Of a DNA stretch of 64,000 nt, positions 1 to 11,692 are shown piece by piece. Both the position numbers and the translations under genes were made by a program. The stretch spans positions 1 to 64,000 of the forward strand of contig LSRY02000071.1 of the NCBI GenBank assembly GCA_001643675.2. The letters run 5' to 3'. Within the stretch, counting starts at the first letter, position 1. Every line of letters starts with the position of its first letter. This DNA is from Monocercomonoides exilis PA203 (Eukaryota > Protista > Preaxostyla). A model generated the notes under the pieces. It ran no database searches. It was not told where the DNA came from and saw only the letters and a list, made by a program, of their open reading frames with translations.

Positions 1-282
1 GATTTTAAACCAAAAGCCATAACAATTTCATATTTCCATTCCTGATTTTTTGAAACACTCAAATATATACATTGTTTCATCATTGTTAAAGTTTGTATTT
101 TTTCCTTTTCTTTTTCTTTTTAGCTTCATTGAATACTTTTAAAGTATTACATAAGCAAACTATTTCGATTTTTTAATCAAAATACTATTCTATTTCACTT
201 TTCTAATACAAAAGACAAAAGCTCACAACAGGCAAAAAACTTTGTACCAACAATGAAAAGTGCTCAAACAATAAACATAATC

Positions 283-1845
283 TCAATGATGTTTACATTG
301 TGAGTCCGATATTTCCAAAGATGATGAATTCTCTCCTGTTCCAATAACTGAAATCTTCTTTGATCCAATCTCAATAGTTGTTGCTTCGCTTTGATGCTTC
401 CCTTCCATTAATGTGATTGCCAAACTAATCTGCACCTCACACATCTCAAACGCCTTCTTCACTGTCAGACACGGATATGTTTCATTTGCCCCACACAACT
501 CAAAACTATCATTTCCATTCACCGAAACATATAACGTCTTGTCCTTCAGCCAATCCTTTTTGATGTTTGATCAAATGTCCAGGCACCTGCATTTGCATAA
601 TTGTGTGCATAGCACATTCTCTTGTCATCTGTGTTTGTGGTGTAGCATTCATAGAATGGATTTCCAGAATCCAAGTACAAATTGTTATTATCGTAATATA
701 TTGCATCGTGCCCATATGGTGTGGATGCAGATCTACACTTGCAATCGTGAAAAATAAGAAGAAGCAATATAGTTTATTATCCGGTGCCGTTTCTCGATTT
801 GGATGCAAACATAATCCACCTCCATTGGATAATGCAAAACATGAAATAAACTGAATGGTACTCATTTTGAATTGTGTCGCAGGAACGGTAACGCAATACA
901 TCCCTCCACCAATCGTATTTGTGACTGAGCATGAAGTGAAACTGCAGTCAAACACACACGCACTCTCCCCTTCCCCATTTTCTGTTGGAATGCATCCTGA
1001 CCCTGAAACACTAAAACTGTACAATCGTAAACCACCACCTTCGCTGTTAGCTTTGCAATTCTTAAATTCGCACCCACCGATCCGAACACATTCCAAAATC
1101 GAATAAGCATACATTCCTCCTCCGTAATGGTTTTGTGCTGTGCAAGCATTGAACACATTATTTTCGATATATACAGATTTGATTGTATGACATATAATCC
1201 CACCACCACGGCTGTACGCAAAACAATTATTAAACAGACAATGCGAAACTGAAAGTTCTCCAGAATTGAGATTGTACATGAAAATGGCCCCTCCACTCGA
1301 TTTTCCATCCGTCCATGAATCACTTTCTCCTGTTGTCCTCGATCCACTCCATTCGCACCAAGTGAATGTATTCGTTCCATTTTCTGTTTCGTTTTGTCTC
1401 CCTGGAGTCAACTTTCTGTCTGAAGTTCCTTCACAAACAACATTTCTTGTCCTTCAGCATTTAATAAAAGAGGTGTTTGAAGCAGTCAGAGAAGCCAAGG
1501 GATTGTTGAGGGAAGTGACAATCCCGCCATCATACGTATCACAAACTGATGAGAATGAGCAACTATTCATCAAATATGTGGTTTGGGATGAGGAAGTGGT
1601 AGAAGGCGAACATGCGTCATTTGCTGTTGAGATGTTGAAAAACGTGAGTTGTGAGAAGGAAACAAGGGGAATGAAGACTCATGAGAATAATTGGCAAAAA
1701 GAGGAGAAGTGCAACTCACACACAAAAATACTATCTTCGACGCTGTCTTCTCTTCCTCTGCCTCTTGGAGCAATCTGGCAAAATATTTAATAAATTCAAA
1801 ATCCTTCTTCCCGCCTCTTCCGCTGCTTCTCAAAGGGATATCCAT
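283..1845 (-). pseudogene. Cys-rich beta-helix (GG-repeat) surface protein family, copy A, disrupted
   Basis: Family motifs (FTWCEWSGSRTTG, GGAIFMY, ESACVFDCSFTSC, PFYECYTTNT, CGANETYPCLTVKKAFEMCEV) are split over ORFs 1570-1845, 509-1411, 546-767 and 283-522. There are frameshifts and an in-frame TGA at the GCCRTR motif (~1458). Confidence 0.85.
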
Positions 1846-3329
1846 AAGAGAAAAGCATCTTTTTCTTCAGTGCCACCAAATGGATACGGAACTCCAATGT
1901 TATTTGTCAACTGTTTTCCACAGAATCTCTTTTTCTTCTGTTGTCATTTCCTGTCTTCTTTCCAAATTCAATTTTCTCGCATATATTTTGAACACATGCA
2001 AGGGCTCCGGTATCAATAAAAAAACAGAAAAAATAAAGAAAAATTACAGACAACGAAAATAAATATATTTCAATATAAAAAAGATGAAATTAAAAAACAA
2101 AGTATTTTTATAAAAATAAAAATTAATAAATAAACTGTTCCTCTTTCTTTTTGCAATCTTCCTCTTCTCCTTCCTCTTCTTTTCCTGCCAGCCCCAGCCT
2201 ATTCAGCATTGCTTTCCTCCGTTCTTCACCTCGCAAACAGACCTCCCAGCCCTGTCACTTCTCAATGCTTCCAATGCTATTTCGTGCTATCCTCTCATTG
2301 CGCCAGATCAATCTTCACTTTTGTCAATCATTTTCACAAAAAAGCACATATCTCTTTGAAAATAAAACCATAAACAAACAAACAAATAAACAAATAAACA
2401 AATAAATATCGAATTCACAAACGCAACATGTGTCAACATCCAGAAATGATAACTGCCCCCTTCCGCTTCCCTTCCCCTCCTCTTCCCTGTCCTTTCCGCT
2501 CAACTCTCCCTCCCCCAGCAAAGCACACGACCCACACCCTGACCATTTGCTTCATCGCAGCAACACCAAAACCCCAAGATGTCACCTCTCTCAGCCATCA
2601 TTCACCCCATTTTTCTGCCATCTTCCTTTGCTCTTTCCTTCTCATCCCATCTGCTCCCCTCTCCTGCTGCCAATTTCCAACACTTCCACAGCCTTCATCT
2701 TTCTGTTGCCTCTTCGCCTTTTTCCCTCCTCCCTTTCATTCCTCTATTGATTTATTTCATTTTTTCATATGTAATTTTCCATTTTTCTCTCTTTCTCTCT
2801 CTAAAACATCACAATTCCCCAACCAACACTCTTCTGCTAGCATCCATTTCATTTGCAGTGTGCAACACTGCCCCCACCGTTACTGCCCGCAATACACATT
2901 ATCCACAACAAATCACAAGAATCAAAAAAACATAGCAAACACATCCTAACAACCTGCTGAAAACAAAAGGCAAAACATCCTCATCTTCTAAAATTTTCTT
3001 TCCTCTTGTCCTCCCTTCATCTCCACAATTCTCCCCAAAAAAACACACAAAACAATCCCAATTATCGAATTTGCCAACAACCCAGACATCAAATCCCTTT
3101 CAAATTCAAAACACCCACAACCACCTCGCCGTAATGCAAATAACAGCCGTCATTGCACATCCACCGGCCTTTGCCTCAGTGCTCGGAGTGTACCGAGAAA
3201 AATACAATTTGTCTATTCCAGTCTTCAATTATGCATACGATCGTCACAATTTTGAAAAAAAAGAAAAAACTGAAAACTACCTTTGTAAATGGGAGGGCAT
3301 CAGACAATAATATTTTATGGTGGATTTGC

Positions 3330-4180
3330 TGAATTATTGTTTTTGAAGGCGTCTTGTGCGACTGGGACTGGTGTTGAATTTGGAAAGACTTGAAGCGATT
3401 TTTGTACAAGAAAGGGGATGGAGCACCGATGCTTTGAAAATATTATATATATCACGGGATATATGTATTTCTGATAATTCTATATAATGTGAAGATATTT
3501 TCATCCGTATCCTTCCCAAGTCATGATTCGGACAATTTTATATTAAAAGTCAATTTATTTTTTTGAAGAGGACAATAGCAGGGAATCACACCAATATTAC
3601 CTACAAACAGCAAATATTAAAACATGAGGATTTTTTAACGAAAAATTTCACAGTTATTTTTGATGCAATATGCAATGGGTCGAAATGCAACGAAAAACGA
3701 GTTTTAATGGAGCAGAAATTCATGGAGTCGGAAAATGCCAAATACAAAAAGGAAGTGTGACCAATTTTTCTGAAAAGGCTGCCTTTTTTAAAAGAGGAAG
3801 AGGACATTTTCAGAAAATTTGTTGGAGGGATTGGAGTGGATGCATTGAATGGAAAATGGAGACAAGTGGCTGAAACAAGAGATTGGCGGTTGTTGCTGGA
3901 CGAATGGATTTTCTTGGGTTGATAAGGACAAGACAATATTTTTATGGACTGAGAAGAGTAGTGGAACTAAATTTGATTGCTTGGTTTGAGAGCGATAATG
4001 CAAGAAAAACAGGCAGTTCGGCGTAATACAAGCAGCTGGAGGCAAATGACAGGCAAAATGGATTTGAATCATTTTGCAATCGCCTTTGGCATTGTATCAT
4101 CGAAGGGTTATCCATTGAAGCAGAGAACGAGGTTTTTTTTGAAGCAATCTTCGACAGAAAATATCCGACATTAAAGATCT
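3330..4180 (+). pseudogene. Decayed ORF module of unknown function lying upstream of beta-helix genes
   Basis: Homologous by eye to 33967-34660(-) and 57330-57900(-). Shared relics include KEEEDIFRK, ELNLIAW and NRQFG(V/I)IQ(A/T)AGGK; many stops and frameshifts. Confidence 0.55.
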
Positions 4181-5015
4181 TTAAATCCTCTTCTACACTT
4201 TCAGTCTCATCGTTTTCTTCATCTTCATCCCCTTCATCTACTTCATTTCCTTCATCGAATTCTTCTCTGTCATTATTTTCAAATGCATCTCCTCAACAAA
4301 GAAATTATATATTTTTTCACCCCTTCTTGGTCATTATCTTCTTCTTCTTCACCAAATCGTTTTGAAGGATATTTGTTGAAAGAGTTATTTGAGAAGAAGC
4401 AGAACAGGAGAATGGAAATAGGATGTTTTTTTGGAGAAGCAGAAGAGAAGCAAAGCTGTTGAATGAATGATGGAAGATGGAGATGAGGGAAATGGGTGCT
4501 TTTGCAGAAAGAAAAAAATGATCTAGAGAAGAAGAAAGAAGAAAGAAGAAGAACAGAAGCAATGAAGAATAGAGATTGTCAAAGGCATGAACACATAATT
4601 TTTTTGAATAAAAGAAATAACATTTTATCAAACTTTTCTAATATATATTTTTATTTGAAATTAGGATCTTTTTGGAAGAATATCTTCGTTGGTTAAAAGC
4701 GCGAGGGATGAGGAAAGATGGATTTTGAGGCGATCCCGGGAAGATGGCAGAAGGCAGGAAATGGAATGGGCATAGATGAGTGAGCAAAGGGAAACATATG
4801 AAATGTGTGGAAAAGATGGGATTTGCGAAATGGAAAAGGTATTTTGAAAAGGGGGAGGGGAAGCGATAAAAGATAGAGAGAAGAGAAATTGATGATAAGG
4901 CAGAAGGAGAAATTTGAGAAATAATTGAGAAGAAGAAGGCATTAATAAGAAAACAGATTGAAAACGGATGAAAGGCGAGGAAATGGAGGAAAAAGGAATT
5001 TGAAGATAGAATGTT

Positions 5016-6710
5016 TTGAGGAGCATTTGCAGAAGAGTGGGAAAAAGGGAAGAGGATGAAAAGTTTGTTGTGGGGATGGGGAAGGATATTGAGGCAGGGG
5101 CATTTGATGTGAGTGGGAGCATTGGGGCGTTGACAAACATCACATTGAAAGGATGGAGAAGAGGGGGAGAGATATACTCGGGAAGGCTGTTTGGAGGGAA
5201 GGGATATGGAGGGGAGAAGGGTGGAGATGAAGAGAAAGGAGGAGAAAGAGGAGAAGGAGGCAGAGGAAGAGGAAGAAAAGGAGATGGATATGGAGAAGGT
5301 ATTGAAGGGAGTATTTCGGTGAGTGAATCACGATTCTCTTCTTTTTGTGTCTCATCAGCCCCATTCCTGTCATCCCCTTCAATACCCCTTGTATCCCTCT
5401 CCAAACTCACATTTTTCAACATCTCAACAGCAAATGATGCATGTTCACCTCCAACCACTGCATCAATCCAAACCTCTTGTTTTATGAACAGTTGTTCATT
5501 TTCGTCTGTTTGTGATGCATATGATGGCGGGATTGTTCCTTCTCTGAACAGCCCCTTGACTTCCTTATCTGTTTCGAACACATCATTCGTTGGATGTTGT
5601 CGGACAAGAAATGTTGTTTGTGAAGGAACTTCAGACAGAAAGTTGACTCCAGGGAGACAAAACGAAACAGAAAATGGAACGAATACATTCACTTGGTGCG
5701 AATGGAGTGGATCGAAAACAACAGGAGAAAGCGACTCGTATGCTGATGGAATATCGAGCGGAGGGGCCATCTGCATGTACAGTCAATCATCTGCCTCTGT
5801 GTCTGTTTCTCATTGTTCATTTAATGACTGCATGGCATATTATAATGGCGGGGGGATATTGTGCACAAATATAAGATCAGTGAACTTCGATAATAATTCA
5901 TTTAATGCTTGCAACGCACAGTACCACGAAGGTGGAGGCGTATTCATTTATGCGATTTCATTGTGTGCTCGAATCAGCAGATGCAAGTTCCAGGATTGCA
6001 AAGCAGTTAATTATGGAGGAGGGCTTTATCTTAATAATTTTAATATTTCAGGAACCGGATGCATTGAAGCAGAAAATGAAGGAGGGGAGAGTGCGTGTGT
6101 GTTTGACTGCAGTTTCACTTCATGTTCGGTTACAAATTATTATGGTGGAGGCATGCGTTGTTACAATGTTCCTAATCAATTCAAAATGAGGAGCATTCAA
6201 TTTATTTCATGTTCAGCATTAAGAGAGGGAGGAGGATTATTATTACAGCCAAATCGAGAAACAATACCAAATGATGGAATTCATTGTTATTTTTTGTTCT
6301 TCCATGAATGCAGCTGCAGGGATGCAAATAATCCACGTGGGCATGACGTTGAATATGTTGATTATTACAATCTGTATTTGGAATCAGGAAATCCATTTTA
6401 TGAATGTTACACCACAAACACAGATGAGAAGAGGATCTGCTTTGCATACAATTATGCAATTGCAAATGTTTGGACATATGACGAAATATCAAAAAAGGAT
6501 TGGCTGAAGAGAGGGATTCTCAATCGATTTGTGGCAGTGAGTGGAGGAAACGCAGAAGAGTTGTGTGGATTGGATGAGTCAAGTGCATGCAGAACCATTG
6601 GTGTTGCAGTTGAAAAGAGCGTGATTCAAGTGAGCCTGTCAGTCACGCTGATGGGAGGGGATCACACAAGCGAGACAACAACTATTGAGATTGGAACAAA
6701 AAAGATTTAA
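5016..6710 (+). CDS. Cys-rich right-handed beta-helix surface protein-like, copy B (probably truncated)
   Basis: 564-aa ORF with repeated F.xC.A..xGGG/GGA(I) rungs typical of Pmp/pectin-lyase-like beta-helices. It ends at KKI-TAA where paralogs read KKISVIG (TCA>TAA). The start is uncertain. Confidence 0.75.
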   Translation: MRSICRRVGKREEDEKFVVGMGKDIEAGAFDVSGSIGALTNITLKGWRRGGEIYSGRLFGGKGYGGEKGGDEEKGGERGEGGRGRGRKGDGYGEGIEGSISVSESRFSSFCVSSAPFLSSPSIPLVSLSKLTFFNISTANDACSPPTTASIQTSCFMNSCSFSSVCDAYDGGIVPSLNSPLTSLSVSNTSFVGCCRTRNVVCEGTSDRKLTPGRQNETENGTNTFTWCEWSGSKTTGESDSYADGISSGGAICMYSQSSASVSVSHCSFNDCMAYYNGGGILCTNIRSVNFDNNSFNACNAQYHEGGGVFIYAISLCARISRCKFQDCKAVNYGGGLYLNNFNISGTGCIEAENEGGESACVFDCSFTSCSVTNYYGGGMRCYNVPNQFKMRSIQFISCSALREGGGLLLQPNRETIPNDGIHCYFLFFHECSCRDANNPRGHDVEYVDYYNLYLESGNPFYECYTTNTDEKRICFAYNYAIANVWTYDEISKKDWLKRGILNRFVAVSGGNAEELCGLDESSACRTIGVAVEKSVIQVSLSVTLMGGDHTSETTTIEIGTKKI

Positions 6711-9700
6711 GTCATTGGGAAAAGAAGAGGATTCATCATCTTTGGAAATATCGGACTCACAATGGAAACATCATTGAGATGATGTTTATTGTTTGAGCAC
6801 TTTTAATTGCCAGCACAAGATTTTGAACAAAACATTTCAAGGCAATGGCCATGTGGATCTGCATTCTGTGCTTTGGAAGATGTTGAGCACCTGAGCCAGG
6901 AAAGCACAGAATGAATGATCGTTTTTGTTTCTTGAAGTGCTGAATGGCGATGGGAAGAGGAGTGCTTTCCACTTAGATCTGAGCAATTGGTTGTCATGTT
7001 AATGCTGCTGAAACGTATTGACAGGCAAAAGGGGTTTGAAGCATATGAAGCGGAAGATGGCAGGTTAAAGGTGCCTTTGAGGAATTTACTTGAACGGTGA
7101 TAAACAAATGAAGTGAGCCTTGGGGTTTGTTTGTTATTGGATGGAGAAAAGTATTGTTGGAAGAGAATAAGAGTGAAGCAGCGTTTGATTTGTTCATTAA
7201 TTTTAGAAGAGTTTTCTTTTTTTTTTTTTTTTTTCAATTTTTGCAAAAATCAAATGTATTGCCATTTTTGAGATATTTTGTGCTTATTATTCTTTTTCTT
7301 GAGTAGTTCTGATGATAAATAAGTGTGCAAAAATTAAAATTGACGAGATAAAATGTTTTAGGGATAATATGAATTGGGTATTGGATATGGACAAGGAAAT
7401 GGGGCATTTCAAACATTTTCATTGAAAAAAGTATCTGTGAAAAAGAATGAGAAAGAATTATTGCAATGAGCCCAAAATGGAGCCAAGAACAGAAAATATC
7501 GAGACACATCCAAACAGTTGTTTTAGAAAAATTCTTTATTCCAACTGTTCAGAGAGGATCAAGTCAAATGTGAAATTGAATTTTGTGTAAAACTCGAGAA
7601 ACATTTTCAAATCATCAAAAAGAGTCAGTTCTGATATGTGAGGATTTTGAAACACAAAAAAAAGGTGACTTTATTTTTTCTCTATTATTATTTTTAAAAC
7701 GACGATTTTCATTTTCATTTCCTTAATTTTTTGATTGTTTCTGAGGATTGTCAAAATGGTTCGAAGAGATGATGAAAAGAGAAAAAAAATGAAGATTTGG
7801 ACAAGCGATGCAATCAATTCAGATTAAAAATACAACAGGAATTAAATAATTTAAAACAGAGGTTTTCAACCTTGTTGGCTGTATCATGATTCAATTATCA
7901 TCCAAATCACTTTCTTTTGGAAAACACAAAATTTTTCAAATTTTTTTAGAAAATGAAACTGAGTGATTTGTTTTCACATCATTCTTTTTCTTTCAAGAAA
8001 TTTTAATTAAAGTATTGTTTTTATTTTTAACAAACGGATATGAAAAATAATGAAACAGCCTATTCTCAAGTTAATTATGTTCCGTTACATGTTTGTGGTG
8101 AATGCTTTATAATGAAAAACATGTTATTCTTTTTGAAACATCGCAAATGTTTGATTGACAAGTGGGAACACAAAACATCATTTGATCTATTTTGAAACAA
8201 ACTCTTCAAACTGTTCAAAGACACAATAAAAATGAAGTGGTCTTGTCTGCATATTGAAACTCGTATTTTTATTTATTTTGATTGGACGGTTTAAAGAATT
8301 CAGTCTAAAATATCAAGTTTTGTTTAACTTGAAAGCAAAACATTTGTGACTTTCCAAAAAGAATAACATATTATTTTTATTTTTCGAGAAATATGGGTAT
8401 TGTAATAGAGAGTGACAAAATATTGGAAAATTCTCGTTTTCTTCCAATAAAAAATTAACAAATTCGTATTTCTTCAAGAAAATACAAGATGCACATTTAT
8501 GTGATAATCACAACAAAGTCAAACTTGATTCTCATTAATATTCTTTCTTCAATATTTATTTGTACAGATAAAGAATTGAAGAGAGACAAAAGTGAATTTT
8601 CATATCAAATTTCATTTTTTTTTCCACAATTGTATAAAAATTGGTTTTTAACATGAAATAAATGGTTTTTTTCTTAAAAAAACTTCTTCATATTGCATCA
8701 TCCAAAACGTTATTTTTATTTCATCAAAACATTATTTCAACTGGATGAGCCAATTGACTTCAACTTAACTTGAAAATACAAGACAGTGAAATTAATCATT
8801 ATAAGAAAAATCAAAGTCAATGATTTTCATTGGTATAAATGAAAACATTATCATTTGGGTGATTTTTTTCATATCAAATTTTTCAACCAAAAAATTCGAT
8901 TTAAAAATTTATTTTTCATTATTTTTACGTGAACGCTGAATAGAAACAGAACGAATATCAGACTTATCTGTGTTACTAAAATAACAAACATCAATTTTTG
9001 TGACAATAGTTTCACGGTTAATTATTATATGAAAAACTTATTTTTAACAACAAAAATTGTGGATGATTATTTTCAAAGTCACAGATTTTTTATCAAACTT
9101 TTCGTTTAAAAAGTCTCTAAGAATATATGCATCTGAATTCTGAAAGTTAAAAACACAATTTTCAAATAGTTTTGTTGTGCACTCATTTCAAGCATAGGTT
9201 TTTGAAACAATTATTATTCATTTTTTATTAGAATTGAATACTTCTTGATAAAGACCAAAACCATCTGAAAAATTTGGACCCCCCAAAAAAGTTGTGATTT
9301 CAAAAATATTCACATTTATTCAGCGAATAATGAAAAATTATTATTCTTTTCCAAAAAACAACAATTTCGGAAATTAAAAAGTCAACAGGAAAAATTCAAA
9401 ACATTTGGATATTACACGTTTTTTGAATAAAAAAAATTAATAAAACAAGATCTTCGTATGTTGGTGTTATCCTTTCAAAAAATGGGCACAAATGTTAAAT
9501 TTTCTAATTAATTAAAATTTCCATGTTTTGATCAAATACTTGTTCATACTCACGAAACTACACAAAAATGAAAGTTATCACTTGATTAAATTATAACATT
9601 CATTATTAAGAAGATTTGCGAGCAGGAACAGAAATTTGATTAGGATATGAAAAATTTTTTTATATTATTAAGAATTAAACATCTGGGACAAAATTCTTGC

Positions 9701-10943
9701 ATTTGTGAAAAAACATAGATTTGAACAAAACTTTTTCTGCAATAACAGCAAAAAAAATCTTTTATTCACTGTTAAAAAGTATGCAAAATTAAAATATTGA
9801 GAAGAATAAAAGAAAATATTGAGTGGAACAAAATTCAAAAAATAATAAAAATTTGTCCCATATGTGATTTTTCAAAAAAAAAAGACACACATATTTTTCA
9901 GGAAACAAAGCTCAAATAGAACCAACAAAAACCAAAAAATGTCTAAAAAGAACACTTTATTGGTTCCTAAATAAATTGAAAACAAGCAAAAATTGTTTTT
10001 CAAAATAAATACATTTGAAGATATTTGAGTGACTCGCAAAGTTTTGATGAAAATTTTAATCAAAAATTGATCATTATGCAGTTTGCAATACCACCAATAA
10101 AAACAGAAATTGTGATTTTTCTGGATGTGACATATGTTGAAGACTTCACTTGTTCATCTTTCTCGATGCATAAGTGATGCATTCCATTTTATCATCACCT
10201 TTGCGCGCACATTTTCTGGTTATGTTTGTTTATTGTATGAGATTTATCGAAATGTTTGCTTGCCTTTTTTCATTTCTTGGAATGGCAATTCTAGATTTTT
10301 TCGTGAACTGCCTTTGATGTGTGCTTTTATAAATATCTGTTATTTTGTCCATCCTCAGCGCATTCAGGGTTGGAGAATTATTGTTTAGCCAAATTGTTGA
10401 GTTCTGCACCTGACAGCCTGGAGTATTGTTTATGCAGCAACCAAAGTGCATTTACTGAATTGCATAAGGCGAGTGGGCGGGGTTGCAATAAGCACTTGCT
10501 TGCATTATGTGGGAGAAGGAGGAGGAAGAGAAATATTGGGGGATCTTGTGGGCAAAAGTGTCCGAGAAGGGAGAAGAGAGGAAAATAGGTGTATTTGAAG
10601 TTGGATTGCGAAAAGCGAATGTCGAAAGGTAAGAAAGTGGTGAAAGAGAGTCATTCAGCTAAGATGCATGGTCAGTTATTGGAACGTTTCAGCGGAATTT
10701 GCTGTCTGATTGAGTCCAGTGTATGGAGAATAGAAGAGGAATGAAATGGTATTTCTTTATTGTGGGGAAGTTAATGGAGCGAGTGAAAGATGAGATGCGT
10801 TATGAATTCGAGGGGAGAAAAGAGGCTAAAAAGGCGATTGGAGCACGCTCGCATTATGGACTGGCCTTTTTGTTTCCCGCTCATTTGGTTCAAATGACAT
10901 CAAGATGAATGTGCACTTCGATTATTTTCAATAACATTATAAA

Positions 10944-11191
10944 GAGATATGGTATATCAGCTATTTATCCATCTCGATTAGGTCAATCAATATTATCGAC
11001 TTATGAATATCTAGTGGTTGTTATCATCTTGTATAATAAGTTGAATAGGCAATGATAATAAGATAAAGATCGATGATTATTGCTGATATACTTAGGGGCT
11101 TCTAATGATTAGATATTCAGTGATGTTCTATAAAGATGGAGTAATTGATAGGTGTAATCGAGATATATCCATAGCTGATATACCATATCTC
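10944..11191. other. Terminal imperfect fold-back hairpin (~248 nt) of the left TIR
   Basis: Stems: 10944-10964/11171-11191 (21 bp), 10971-10980/11155-11164 (10 bp), 10986-10991/11144-11149 (6 bp), 11004-11013/11110-11119 (10 bp), separated by internal loops. Confidence 0.88.
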
Positions 11192-11335
11192 CAAGGAGAA
11201 GAATTAGCAAAAACATTAACTGGAAGATTAACAAAAGTTATGTTCAAGTTGGTAAATTAGTGGTGAAATTGTGTGTTATCGTTAGTGAATAACATGAGTT
11301 CGCAACGAAGTTGTTTAGGAGACTTCGTCTCCGTT

Positions 11336-11400
11336 GAACATGTGTCGAACATGTGTCGAACATGAGTTGAACATGAGTTGAGCATGTGTTGAACCTGTTT
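11336..11400 (+). repeat. Six tandem 11-bp repeats, consensus GAACATG(T/A)GT(C/T); iteron/operator-like
   Basis: gaacatgtgtc x2, gaacatgagtt x2, gagcatgtgtt, gaacctgttt, about 60 bp upstream of the 76-aa ORF. Mirrored at 15675-15739. Confidence 0.85.
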
Positions 11401-11461
11401 GTGTTATCGTTGATGAAATCGTAAATAAAAATAATTGATTTTGTTTTTTGTTTTATAGTAA

Positions 11462-11692
11462 ATGGGTCGGAAGAAGATATACGCAACTGTGGAAGAAGCG
11501 AAAGAGGCTCAACAGAAACAAATTAAACAGTTTCAGGAAAAACGTAAGGAAGAAACTAAGTATTACAACGAACATGTAACTGAGAAACAGAAGAAATTGA
11601 TTAAGATATTGAGGAGAAAGCTTATCGAAAGTGATGAGTTGTTGGATGAGTTGATGGAAAAAGTTAATAGTTGTTTGCCCGCACCGGGTTGA
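11462..11692 (+). CDS. Small basic helical protein encoded in the TIR (76 aa), possible DNA-binding or terminus protein
   Basis: Intact ATG-to-TGA ORF, MGRKKIYATVEEAKEAQQKQ..., charged and coiled-coil-like, preceded by an AT-rich leader. Confidence 0.7.
   Translation: MGRKKIYATVEEAKEAQQKQIKQFQEKRKEETKYYNEHVTEKQKKLIKILRRKLIESDELLDELMEKVNSCLPAPG

Noticed and set aside
4661-5776. Long antisense or alternate-frame ORFs overlapping the beta-helix genes (also 1266-1790, 36041-36631, 50639-51076, 53863-54345)
   Set aside because: They are shadows of the coding strand or of purine-rich tracts and recur only because the underlying DNA is duplicated.
11336-11400. CRISPR-like array
   Set aside because: The 11-bp units are contiguous with no spacers, and no cas genes are present.
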